A DNA stretch of 64,000 nt, taken from Malacoraja senta (taxonomy: Eukaryota). The stretch is taken from positions 806,001 through 870,000 of the forward strand of contig CM075988.1 in assembly GCA_038087875.1 (NCBI GenBank). Direction: 5' to 3'. Under the pieces are notes generated by a model. That model was not told where the DNA came from and searched no databases. It was given only the letters and a program-made list of their open reading frames with translations. Positions 10,701 through 21,964 of this stretch are shown in pieces. Numbering within the stretch: the first letter of the stretch is position 1; each line of letters begins with the position of its first letter. A program made the translations under genes and the position numbers.

Positions 10701-12702
10701 TCTATGTTACTAAAAGTAAGATCTTGACCGCTTTCGACTCACTGTGATGTGATTTCCGAGGGAACGCCGCCACCTACGGCCGTCATTTTTGGCCACCTCG
10801 CTCAGAGCCCCCCTCCTGGACTGGACCGGAGGATTTTTCCCATCGATGAAAAATCAGAGATATTCATGTTTTTAAAAATTTCGCCATTCTCTCTGCTGCC
10901 CCCGCTGGCGGCAGGGGGGAGGGACTATAAAACCCGGAAGTGTCGTGCCTCACTCAGTCTCTGGAGGAAGCGAGAGGGTCACTGCCACTGCTCTCTGAGC
11001 TGCGTATAACACTGAACGCACGTCTACTCGATGTGAGTCCCCTCAATGTGGTTGTAAAGTGGCTGCTGCCAAATTGTTTGCCTTGCCTTTTAAAAAACGT
11101 TTGTGTTCACAAAGTGGGTTGGTTGTGAAGTGGCTGCTGCCAAATTGTTTGCCTTGCCTTTTAAAATCTTTGCAACAGTTTTCGGATGGATAAAGCATGA
11201 ATAAACATTTTATTAGATCAGGACTGTGTTTAATTGCAAAATTGGCGCTCATGCCATGACTTCCGCTTAGTGGCAAGATGGCGCCGATGACGTCATTTCC
11301 GGTTGGCGTCAAGATGGCGCTGACTGCGTCATTTCCGGTTCATGGCAAGATGGTGCTGACTGCAGAAGGCATAGTGAAGACGTCGTTGAATAATTCAAAA
11401 GAGCTGACTGCTCTGTCTATGGTGAGTGTGTTTATTGGACGTTATTTAAAGCACGTTTTTGCTTCAGCAGCAGCCGCCTCTACAGGCTTTAAACGTTTGA
11501 ATCATTCGGTTTACACACTGTATGTTTACCACGTTCTGAACTTGCTTGGCATTTTAGTAGTAGTGGCATTCAGTCAGTCAGTCCAGAGACCATGAGTTAG
11601 TCCCAAGGCAGTGAGTCCAGAGGCTATGAGTGGGTCGCTCACTGCCCCCTCCCCCCCCCCCCCACTGGCATCCCCACCTCAAGACGTTGCCCTCCGCCTA
11701 GCTATAGGATGCTCCCCCTCCTGAAGCCGCCCCCATCCCCCGCTGGATTCACAAATTCTTCAGTGAATCGAGAGGATTGAGAATTACAACAAATTACAAC
11801 CGCTCAATCTCTCTATATTAAAATTGTCTCATTTTTTTATCAACAGCAAATAGCCATCAAGAGGCAGTGAGCAGCAGAACACAACAAGAGACACAACAAG
11901 AGGGAACTTAATAATTCTCATCTTTAACATTTAATTTGTTCATATATTTTAAGAGTCATTCACAATTTAAACTTTAATAAATCCTTTTTCCACTTTTCAT
12001 GCCTGCGTGTTCTTCATCACAATGGGAACCTAATAGGCAGGAATGACTGCTCTGTGGGGGCGCCGCTAAGAGTGCATGGGGGGGAGGTTGTGGGGAGATG
12101 GACTGAACGCGTGGGGGAATGGGAATGGCAAGGAGCAGAGTGGGGGGATGAAGGGAGGGGTGACTGAATGAACTGCCACCACACCAGCCGTGACTGCACT
12201 GCCAGCCCACCTGCCGTGAGTAAGTGAACTGCCAGCCCACCAGCTGTAAGTAACTGAACTGCCAGCCCACCAGCCGTGTGTGACTGCACTGCCAGCCTGA
12301 GTGCCCACCAGCCCTAAGTGAACTGCCAGCCCACCAGCCATGAGTAAGTGAACTGCCAGCCCAATAATCCATTCAGTCCACCCTCTCCCCCTTCTCTCTT
12401 ACAGTGTCACCTATTTTAGGCACAATTTCTGGCAGTTTCTCAGCTGCCAGTCTGCCAGGTCTGAGTGACTGTTCTGCCAGGCCTCAGTGACTGAGCTGCC
12501 AGCCCAAGAATCCATTCGGCCCACAATGTCCATGCTAGCCCTCTGGAAACCAGACCCTTCGGCCCACAACACCCATACTAGCGCAACAGAAAGCACCCCC
12601 CACTGGCCAGCAATATTGGAATTGGTGGAGAGGTGAAATATTGCGTTGGGTGACCAGCCCTCTCGTGTGATGCTGGGACCCAACGGGTCCCACTTAGTCA
12701 AG
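10701..12702 (+). mobile_element. Non-autonomous Helitron inserted at A|T in a Rex1-type RT fragment
   Basis: 5' TCtatgttactaaaa. 3' hairpin GGGACCC-aac-GGGTCCC then ...ttagtCAAG (CTAG variant). No TSD. Flanks rejoin as Rex1-like RT coding (ARLL..IDYSSAFN.IIPSKL). Confidence 0.85.
12160..12365. repeat. ~30 bp minisatellite (gtgaactgccagcccaccagccgtgagtaa) inside the Helitron
   Basis: About six imperfect tandem units are visible. Confidence 0.85.
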
Positions 12703-12814
12703 TATTGACTATAGCTCTGCCTTCAACTCGATAATCCCGAGCAAACTCATCTGTACTGGACCTCGGTGTTAGCACCCTCCTCTGCCACTGAATCCTTGAC
12801 TGTCTTACCCATAG

Positions 12815-13325
12815 ATTTTAATCCAAACATGCGTGAAGTGTTGCACTTTGAGTGGTTGAATGTAGGGTGAAAGTGTCCTGTTAATGGCAAAACCCTCAAC
12901 AGCATTGATGTACAGAGGGATCTTGGGTCAATATACAGCTCCCTGAAAGTGGCAATGCAAGTAGATAAAAGTGGTAAAGAAGGCGTGTGGTATGCTTGCT
13001 TTCATCAGACAGGACATTAAGTAAAAGAGTTAGGAATTACATTGCAGCTTGTTGGAACTTTAATATGGCTACACCTGGAGTATTGCAAGCAGTTCTGGCC
13101 ACCCCATTATAGGAAGGATGTGGAGGCCTTTCACAAACTCAAAATATCCCCAAATCATTGAAGTACATTCTGAAGTATGGTCATGACATAGACAGGTTCA
13201 TGGATAGAACAGGTTTGGAGGGATATGGACCAAACACGGGCAGAAGTGGCTAGAGTAGCTTGCACATGTTGGCCAGTGTGGCCGAAGGGCCTGTTTCCAC
13301 ACTGTATCACTCTACGACTCTACAA
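12815..13325 (+). mobile_element. Degenerate CR1 fragments including a 3' end
   Basis: HLEYC/QFW-like remnants and a ggccgaagggcctgtttcc tail. Confidence 0.75.
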
Positions 13326-13402
13326 GGTCCTGCTTTTTGTTCATGTTAAATGGAACATTTGCCCTGTTATTGAAAATAATGTCATCAGAACTCTTGCATA
13401 GG

Positions 13403-15280
13403 GAACATAAAAACTGACTGCAAAAGTTTTTATAGATATGTGAAGAGAAAGAGATTAGTTAAAACAAATGTAGGTCCCTTGCAGTCAGAAACAGGTGAAT
13501 TGATCATGGGGAACAAGGATATGGCGGACCAATTGAATAACTACTTTGGTTCCGTCTTCACTAAGGAAGACATAAATAATCTGCTGGAAATAGCAGGGGG
13601 CCGCGGGTCAAAGGAGATGGAGGAACTGAGTGAAATCCAGGTTAGTCGGGAAGTGGTGTTGGGTAAATTGAATGGATTAAAGGCCGGTAAATCACCAGGG
13701 CCAGATAGGCTGCATCCCAGAGTACTTAAGGAAGTAGCTCCACAAATAGTGGATGCATTAGTGATAATTTTTCAAAACTCTTTAGATTCTGGAGTAGTTC
13801 CTGAGGATTGGAGGGTAGCAAACGTAACCCCACTTTTTAAGAACGGAGGGAGAGAGAAAACGGGGAATTACAGACCAGTTAGTCTAACATCGGTAGTGGG
13901 GAAACTGCTAGAGTCAGTTATTAAAGATGGGATAGCAGCACATTTGGAAAGTGGTGAAATCATTGGACAAAGGCAGCATGGATTTACGAAAGGTAAATCG
14001 TGTCTGACGAATCTTATAGAATTTTTCGAGGATGTAACTAGTAGAGTGGATAGGGGAGAACCAGTGGATGTGTTGTATCTGGACTTTCAGAAGGCTTTCG
14101 ACAAGGTACCACATAAGAGATTAGGATACAAACTTAAATCACACGGTATTGGGGGTTCAGTATTGATGTGGATAGAGAACTGGCTGGCAAACAGGAAGCA
14201 AAGAGTAGGAGTAAACGGGACCTTTTCACAATGGCAGGCAGTGACTAGTGGGGTACCGCAAGGCTCAGTGCTGGGACCCCAGCTATTTACAATTTATATT
14301 AATGATCTGGATGAGGAAATTGAAAGCAACATCTCCAAGTTTGCAGATGACACTAAGCTGGGGGGCAGTGTTAGCTGTGAGGAGGATGCTAGGAGACTGC
14401 AAGGTGACTAGGATAGGCTGGGTGAGTGGGCAAATGTTTGGCAGATGCAGTATAATGTGGATAAATGTGAGGTTATCCACTTTGGTGGCAAAAACAGGAA
14501 GGCAGACTATTATCTAAATGGTGGCCGATTAGGAAATGGGGAGATGCAGCAAGACCTGGGTGTCATGGTACACCAGTCATTGAAAGTGGGCATGCAGGTG
14601 CAGCAGGCAGTGAAGAAAGCGAATGGTATGTTGGCTTTCATAGCAAGAGGATTTGAGTATAGGAGCAGGGAGGTTCTACTGCAGTTGTACAGGGTCTTGG
14701 TGTGACCACACCTGGAGTATTGCGTACAGTTTTGGTCTCCAAATCTGAGGAAGGACATTATAGCCATAGAGGGAGTGCAGAGAAGGTTCACCAGACTGAT
14801 TCCTGGGATGTCAGGACTTTCATATGAAGAAAGACTGGATAGACTTGGCTTATACTCACTAGAATTTAGGAGATTGAGAGGGGATCTTATAGAAACGTAC
14901 AAAATTCTTATGGAGTTGGACAGGCTAGATGCAGGAAGATTGTTCCCGATGTTGGGGAAGTCCAGGACAAGGGGTCACAGCTTAAGGATAAGGGGGAAAT
15001 CCTTTAAGACCGAGATGAGGAAAAACTTTTTCACACAGAGAGTGGTGAATCTCTGGAAGTCTCTGCCACAGAGGGTAGTTGAGGCCAGTTCATTGGCTAT
15101 ATTTAAGAGGGAGTTAGATGTGGCCCTTGTGGCTAAGGGGATCAGGGGGTATGGAGAGAAGGCAGGTACGGGATACTGAGTTGGATGATCAGCCATGATC
15201 ATATTGAATGGCGGTGCAGGCTCGAAGGGCCGAATGGCCTACTCCTGCACCTATTTTCTATGTATCTATGTATCTATGTA
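13403..15280 (+). mobile_element. Young 5'-truncated CR1 LINE (RT to 3' tail)
   Basis: ORFs 13440-14411, 14445-14705 and 14775-15179 are in one frame, separated only by point stop codons. (TATGTATC)n tail. Confidence 0.95.
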
Positions 15281-16009
15281 TTCACCCATGGGCATAGATG
15301 GGGGTTCAAGTTAATTTCATTTGAAATTGGGAACGTTTGACAATATAGCACCCTCTCCCACTACAGCAAAGATTTATAGTCAAGTCAAAACCTCTGACTA
15401 AAAGGCAAGATGCTTGCAACTGAATCACAGCTAACATTCAATCAGACCTCAGTGCAGAGATGAAAAACAAGCATGTGGGCCTGGAGAATCCTTGCAGATA
15501 TCAACATCTCTTCATATCATTACTTGCCAAAGGACAACTGGTCATCAGCACCAGAGAAGTGTTCGTGTTTAAATGAGACACGTGACACATTTTTCCCCAT
15601 CACCAGGTGGACCTTACCACAAGATCCTTCAGAACATCAATGTTGTGAAGGAGCATGAAAAGAAACAAGTTTGAGGATTCTTGCCCCTCACTGCTCAAGT
15701 GCTATTTCATCTATTGAGGAAAACCAGTGCATTCACCACTGAGACTTTCACCTATCCCTTTGTTACCTTCACAAATCTCATCAATCTAATGCTCTCCTGC
15801 CTGGCCTCAGTCTCCACCATAACCTTTGCTCTTACTAACCTCAGTTGTCTATGGCATATCTTACCCCAAGTCTCACTCTTGCCACCCATGTCTTTAGTCT
15901 CTTCAAGAAGTACTGAGGTGCCAAGGGACAATTAGAAATTCTCATTGTTTTAATGAGATCCTACAGTATTTCTCTACTCGTGATCTGTGCATTTCCTGCT
16001 CACTGTAGC

Positions 16010-16298
16010 AGACAGTGGCCTAGTGGAAGAGTAGCTGCCTTGCAGGGCCAGAGACTCTGTTCGATCCTAACTGGAGATGCTTGTCTGTACGTTCTCCCCG
16101 TGACCTGTGTTGGTTTTCTCCGTGATCTTCGGTTTCTCCCATGCTCCAAAGATGAACAGGCTTGTAGATTAATTGGCTTGGTATAAATGTTTTTAAAAAT
16201 TGTCCCTAATGTGTGTAGAGTGGTGTTAATCTGCAGGGATCGCTGTTCGGTGAGCTGAAGGGCCTGTTTCCACGCTGCATCTCTAAACTAAACTAAAC
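16010..16298 (+). mobile_element. V-SINE/HE1-like SINE with CR1-like tail and (CTAAA)n end
   Basis: tggcctagtgg A box, gttcgatcc B box, V-SINE-like core and gaagggcctgtttcc tail. Confidence 0.85.
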
Positions 16299-16387
16299 AC
16301 TACAGGAAAGTTCCAAGCTTCTCTTAAAAGTCTTTGCCTCTTAATCCGATACATCTTTTAAGACTTTTAAAAATCCTTCTCTTCAAC

Positions 16388-16600
16388 CAGGGGTGTCAAA
16401 CTCACGGCCCGCCAGTCAGATGCTGCCCGCAAAGGGGTCTGATCAGGCACGCAGGATGATTTCCCTGATGCCAGAGCGGGCTGCAGCTGTCCACGGTGCC
16501 GGATCGGACTGCGTTCACCTGTGCACGGCGCGATCCGGCGCGGATGAAGTCGCATTTTGCCCGTGACCTAAAATGAGTTAAGATGAGTTTGACAGCCCTG
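16388..16600. mobile_element. hAT-type MITE (213 bp)
   Basis: TIRs CAGGGGTGTCAAACTCA / TGAGTTTGACAGCCCTG. 8 bp TSD tcttcaac / tctttaac (1 mismatch). Confidence 0.88.
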
Positions 16601-16836
16601 TCTTTAACAAATCACTTAGTTCTCGCTCCATTGTTGATGACCATTTTGATCTAAATGAATGTAAGTGATGTGGTTTGGGACACTATTGGCCCTGTATTAG
16701 TCCAGGTTGTTGCCCAACACCTCCTGACCACAGATGCTAGTCCTACCAAATAATTAGCTTTGCCGAGGGCTGAACCTCAGCATCGGGGCAGGGGACTGTT
16801 CCCCATATTTCTCCCATATTTTTCCCCAATACTTAC

Positions 16837-16923
16837 CCTGGACCAGAAGATATTAACTACTATGAGAAAATGAGACACAAGTGTCAGAAATCGTGATGGT
16901 ATTAGGCTGGTAGGCATCGGCAT
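16837..16923 (-). CDS. TMEM107: TMEM107 (or TMEM107-like) first coding exon, MPMPTSLIPSRFLTLVSHFLIVVNIFWSR
   Basis: Manual minus-strand translation: ATG at 16923, 87 nt = 29 codons, then donor AGG|GTAAGT at 16836. Matches the remembered human TMEM107 N-terminus (MGRVSGLVPSRFLTLLAHLVVVITLFWSR) in length and motif. An upstream acceptor (tctttgtttttgcag|) puts the exon start at 16954. Confidence 0.93.
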
Positions 16924-17072
16924 CTCCAATTCTTACTCTGCACTCAAGTTCTATCTGCAAAAACAAAGAAGAATCTTTTAAAGGCCAAGACATTTATTCT
17001 CTCGACTCTACCCAAATATGGAAATTAGTATTATTCAATAACTTATTTCATGGAGAATGCATGTGAAATAAA

Positions 17073-17585
17073 GTCATAGTGATACAGTGTAGAAACAGGC
17101 CCTTTGGCTCAACTTGCCCACACCGGCCAACATGTCCTAGCTACCCTAGTCCCACCAGCCTGCATTTGGTCCATATCCCTCCAAAACTGTCCTCCCTGTA
17201 TGTCCAACTGTTTCTTAAATGTTGGGATAGTCGCTGCCTCAACTACCTCCTCTGGCAGCTTGTTCCATACATCCACCACCCTTTGTGTGAAAAAGTTACC
17301 TTTTTTCAGATTCAGATTCCTGTTAAATCTTTTGCCCTTCACCTTAAATCTATGACCTCTGGTTCTCGATTCACCTACTCTGGGCAAGAGACTATGCATC
17401 TACCCGATCTATTCCTCTCATGATCATATACACCTTTATATGATCACCCCTTCATCCTCCTGCACTCCAGGGAATAGTTCCAGTCTACTCAACCTCTGAG
17501 TCCTGGCAACATACTCATAAATCTTCTCTGCATCCTTTCCAGCTTGACAACATCTTTCCTAAACATGGTGCCCCGAATTAACACA
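17073..17585 (-). mobile_element. CR1 3' end
   Basis: ORF 17109-17399 (TRGHRFKVKG...NFFTQRVVDVWNKLP) and the tail. Confidence 0.85.
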
Positions 17586-18229
17586 AATAGAAACAGAAAA
17601 TACAAGAAATATCTTGCAGGTCATGCAACATTTGTGAACAAACTACAGAATCTCTTCTCACCGATGGCACCAAAACATAATCACTTCCAACATTATTTTG
17701 TCGTTAAATTCAGTTTTCTAGCATCGGTAGCCTTTTTTTGTGGAAACCAAAGGAAGTAGTTGAGACATGTACAAAAACAACACTTAAAATACATTTGGAT
17801 AGTTATATGGATAGGATAGGTTTACAGGGTTATAGGCCAAATGCAGACTTCTTTGTCGGCATGGATGAGTTGTCCTGAGGGACCGGTTTCTGTGCCGTAC
17901 GGTTCTATGAAACAAATACATGCAAAGTGTTGGTGTAACTTTTTTGTCTCCTTTTTCTTAATGCCATGATGATGATCAGAGGCCTAATTCCTGTGTTCTG
18001 CTCGTCACAACCTACAGAGCCCTCTTTTAAACCTGTCTCGGCAGCCAGCACCTTATGGCTACAAGTGTATGATTGAGATACAACGCACTTCATCGTCACC
18101 AATGGAGAAGCCCCTCCACCTCTCTCTTCTCCACACATTGTCTCCTGAAAATATGCCACGCTGCACCCCAAACCTTTCTGAAGGCTTAAGGTAGCGAGAG
18201 AGAGAGAGAGAAAGCAAGGCCTATATGAA

Positions 18230-18570
18230 GTTAGAGAAGTCAATGTTCATACCAATGGGGTGTAAACTACCCAAGCGAAATATGAGGTGCTGTTCTTCCA
18301 TCCCATGCGAAATATGAGGTCCTGTTCCTCCAAAACCTTGCCCTTGCTTTCTCTCTCCATCCCCTTCCCCTTCCCAGTTCTCCCACTAGTCTTACTGTCT
18401 CTGACTAGATTCCATCTTTGTTCCGCCCCCTCCCCTGACATCAGTCAGAAGAAGGGTCTCGACCCGAAACATTGCCCATTCCTTCTCTCCAGATGCTGCC
18501 TCACCCGCTGAGTTACCCCAGCATTTTGTGTCTACCTTCGATTTCAACCAGCATCTGCAGTTCTTTCTAT
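18230..18570. mobile_element. Penelope-like element fragment (ORF end on minus, pLTR with degenerate hammerhead-like motif on plus)
   Basis: LEEQ.LIFR.G peptide on minus. cagaagaagggtctcgacccgaaac near 18446. Confidence 0.75.
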
Positions 18571-18979
18571 CCCAACCTTCCAATTAACCTTCCAGAACCT
18601 ACCTGAAGTGTGTTGACCAGAACAAAATTGTATATTGCAGTTGCAGCCCAACCAGTACTTTGTGCAGGTTGATATTACGTCCCTGATTGTGTAGCCCATG
18701 CCTCTGTGAATCCTATGATCCCGTATATTTTACTATCACAAAGACTTATTTCCACATGAAAAACAAGCACACTCAAGTCCCTCTTCCTTCATTTCATTTA
18801 GCACTGCACTATTTTGTGTCTACTTTCTCTCCTTATTCCTTCCACTGAAACGTTCTTCCAAATTTCTTTATTTATCTGCCACTTATCCAACACAGACGGT
18901 CTATCAACGTCTGCTTGCTGTTTTGCAACATCCTCATCATTACTTAACACCAGTGAAGTGTGAGCAGGTTTTGTTTGAG

Positions 18980-19014
18980 TGACGTCAATCACTCAGCAGT
19001 TGTTTCCTAGCAAT
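18980..19014. promoter_or_regulatory. CRE palindrome plus RFX X-box-like motif ~2 kb upstream of the TMEM107 ATG
   Basis: TGACGTCA at 18980-18987 and GTTTCCTAGCAAT at 19002-19014 in apparently non-repeat DNA. Motif match only. Confidence 0.4.
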
Positions 19015-19489
19015 GTGCGAGCTGCGAGCCTTGGGCATGTAGTTTACTGCAGTGCCGTGTGAGGGAGAGGTTTTTGCATATAGATTGAAGAGGGGTTATT
19101 GATGGACTGGTGACAGATGAGGAAAGGTTGTGAATTCAGCAGTTGAAAAGGTTAGTAGTGGAACTATCTCAACCTTAGTGAGTTGATGATTGACCATGAC
19201 AACTTAATTCAGAACTTCGGCCACATTGCTCTCAGAATTCACTTGTTGGCAACAAACCCCCACGGCACTCTAAGTTCGGACAGGCTTCTTGCCTCTCCCT
19301 GCCTATGTAGAATGGTGGGCCCCTGTTCTATTTCTCTGCCTATTGTCTTCTGGAGATAGAGGATGCCACCCTCCACCCCAAACCTCTCTGAAGCACAGAG
19401 AAATGCTCCACAGTGGAAAGAAATATTATCTTGGTGGATGGGTATGAAAGCAGCTAATTCCTTTCAACAGCGGTTGAATGGGGTTAGGT

Positions 19490-20229
19490 TAGGTTAGGTA
19501 AGGGGGAGGTGCAGCGAGACCTGGGCATCGTTGTACACCGGTCACTGAAAGTTGGCTTACAGGTACAGCAGGCAGTGACGAAAGCTAATGGAATGTTGGC
19601 CTTCATAGCAAGAGGATTTCATTATAGGAGTAAAGGGGTTCTTCTGCAGTTGTATAGGGCTCTGGTGAGACCACATCTGGAGTATTGTATACAGTTTTGG
19701 TCTCCTAATTTGAGGAAGGACATCCTTGTGATTGAGGCAGTGCAGCATAGGTTCACGAGATTGATCCCTGGGATGGCGGGACTGTCATATGAGGAAAGAT
19801 TGAAAAGACTAGGCTTATATTCACTGGAGTTTAGAAGGATGAGGGGGAATCTTATAGAAACATATAAAATTATAAAAGGACTGGACAAGCTAGATGCAGG
19901 AAAAATGTTCCCAATGTGTGGCAGCTCCAGAACCAGGGGCCACAGTCTTAGAATAAAGGGGAGGTCATTTAAGACTGAAATGAGAAAAAACGTTTTCACC
20001 CAGAGTTGTGAATTTATGGAATTCCCTGCCACAGAGGGCAGTGGAGGCCAAGTCACTGGATGGATTTAAGAGGGAGTTGGATAGAGCTCTAGGGGCTAGT
20101 GGAGTCAAGGGATATGGGGAGAAGGCAGGCACGGGTTATTGATAGGTGACGATCAGCCATAATCACAATGAATGTCAGTGCTGGCTCGAAGGACTGAATG
20201 GCCTCCTGCACCTATTTTCTATGTTTCTA
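19490..20229 (+). mobile_element. CR1 3' portion
   Basis: ORF 19509-20069 and the conserved 3' UTR. Confidence 0.92.
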
Positions 20230-20682
20230 ACACCAACTGCAAGTCTGGACATCTACATCCCTGATGAGCATTTATTTATGTCAAAAACAAAGAAATGTAC
20301 ATCCCTGATGAGACTCCATTTATGTCAAAAACAAAGAAACATTCAGCTTTTTGTGACACGCATCTCTGTTCTCTTGCGATGAAGCAGCCAGTAACTTACA
20401 GTTATTGAGTGGTGCAATACAGAAGGCCCTTCGACCCACCATGCCCATATCAACGGTCAGAATAATCTGTACTAATTGTTCCTTTATTATTAATTTCTCT
20501 TGTACGGTGGAAAGATTTAATAGGAACCTGATGGCAACTTTTTTTCACATTCACGGCGGTGGGTCCATCAAACGAGCTGCCAGAGGAAGTAGTTAAGTAG
20601 GAAGTGGGGGGGGGGGGGGTCAAAGGGCCTGTTTCCATGCTGTATAACTGCCAAACCATCATTGAGGAACAGAAAACTAAGT

Positions 20683-20868
20683 AAGAAAGAACTGCAGATG
20701 CTGGTTTAAATCGAAAGTAGATACAAAATGCTGGAATAACTCAGACAGGCAGCATCTCTGGAGAGAAGGAATAGGTGACGTTTCGGGTCTGAAGGGCTGA
20801 AACGTCGTCCATTCCTTCTCTCCAGAGATGCTGCCTGTCCCGTTGAGTTACTCCAGCATTTTGTGTCT
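20683..20868. mobile_element. Inverted pair of Penelope-like pLTR fragments
   Basis: Arms at about 20718-20785 and 20797-20868 are reverse complements, meeting at hammerhead-like remnants. Confidence 0.8.
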
Positions 20869-21082
20869 GCAGACAGCTGAGTGAGATTTACTTCTGAACA
20901 TAATAAGAAACATCCAAGTAGCAGCAGAGAAAAACATTCCCTCCCAAAGCATTTGATTAAAATTTCCCATGGTACTGAACAGAAGTGCAATCAGACAAAA
21001 TTCACTGTGCAGTTTGTATGCAGCTAGCTCCCTCCACACCAGGCGGTCGTTGCAACATTGCGACAACTGTTGCAACCAACAT

Positions 21083-21345
21083 GCGGCGGCACAGTGGTAG
21101 AGTTGCTGCCTTACAGCGCCAGAGACCTTGCTGTCTGTATGGAGTTTGTTCATTCTCCACGTGACCTGCGAGGGTTTTTTCCAAGTGCTCTGGTTTCCTC
21201 CCACACTCCAAAGATGTACAGGTTTGTAGGTTAATAGGCTTCAGTAAAGTTGTCCCTAGTGTGTGTGTGGGATAGTGTTAGTGTGTGGGGATGGCTGATC
21301 GGTGGGCCGAAGGGCCCGTTTCTGCGCCATATCTCTAAACTAAAA
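21083..21345 (+). mobile_element. V-SINE/HE1-like SINE
   Basis: Same head, core and tail as the 16010 copy. Confidence 0.85.
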
Positions 21346-21964
21346 ATAAATAAACATGTGTTCCAGATCGACTGGAAGCTGAGGGAACCTGCAAAACATC
21401 AACCTCGAGTTGCTGAGAACTGAACAGTTTCATCTTTGCTGCTGCTCAATGATGTGTGGCAGACCACTGAGCTACATACAGGTTAGAGCAGCTCAGAAAT
21501 AGGTGCACAGGCAGGAGGACTTTTACATACATTGAAAATGCAATGGGAGTTTATTGCAAATGTGGTGAACACCAAGAGCATGGATCCTAATTGGGGCAGG
21601 TCGTGGAAACCACCTGCAGATATCGCTCAGGGTGGAATGTAATTCAGGCCATCAACGGGATGAGGAAGGTGGGAAGGTCACCAGGGAGAATGGCAATGGG
21701 GGGGCAGGGGGCTTGGGGTGTGGTGCTGGGGGAGGGGGAGAAGTCCTTGGAAGAGTGGATTTGGGACGTTGGTGAGGGGTGCAGGGGGGGTCCTGGACCC
21801 AAAGCTGCTCTACAGCTCCAAAATCTGCTTTATCTGATGGATAGGTTTTATGATAGATCTCCTGCCCCAACCCACAATACCTAGATTCCCATCTTATCCC
21901 TCAATTTCTTAATTTCAGGGATATTTCCCTATCCTTCCCAACTCCCTTGATCTAGGGAACAGTT

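Noticed and set aside
18597..18605. CAG|GTAGGT as the donor of a TMEM107 5' UTR exon
   Set aside because: Lies at the edge of what looks like a decayed CR1 fragment; unsupported without RNA data.
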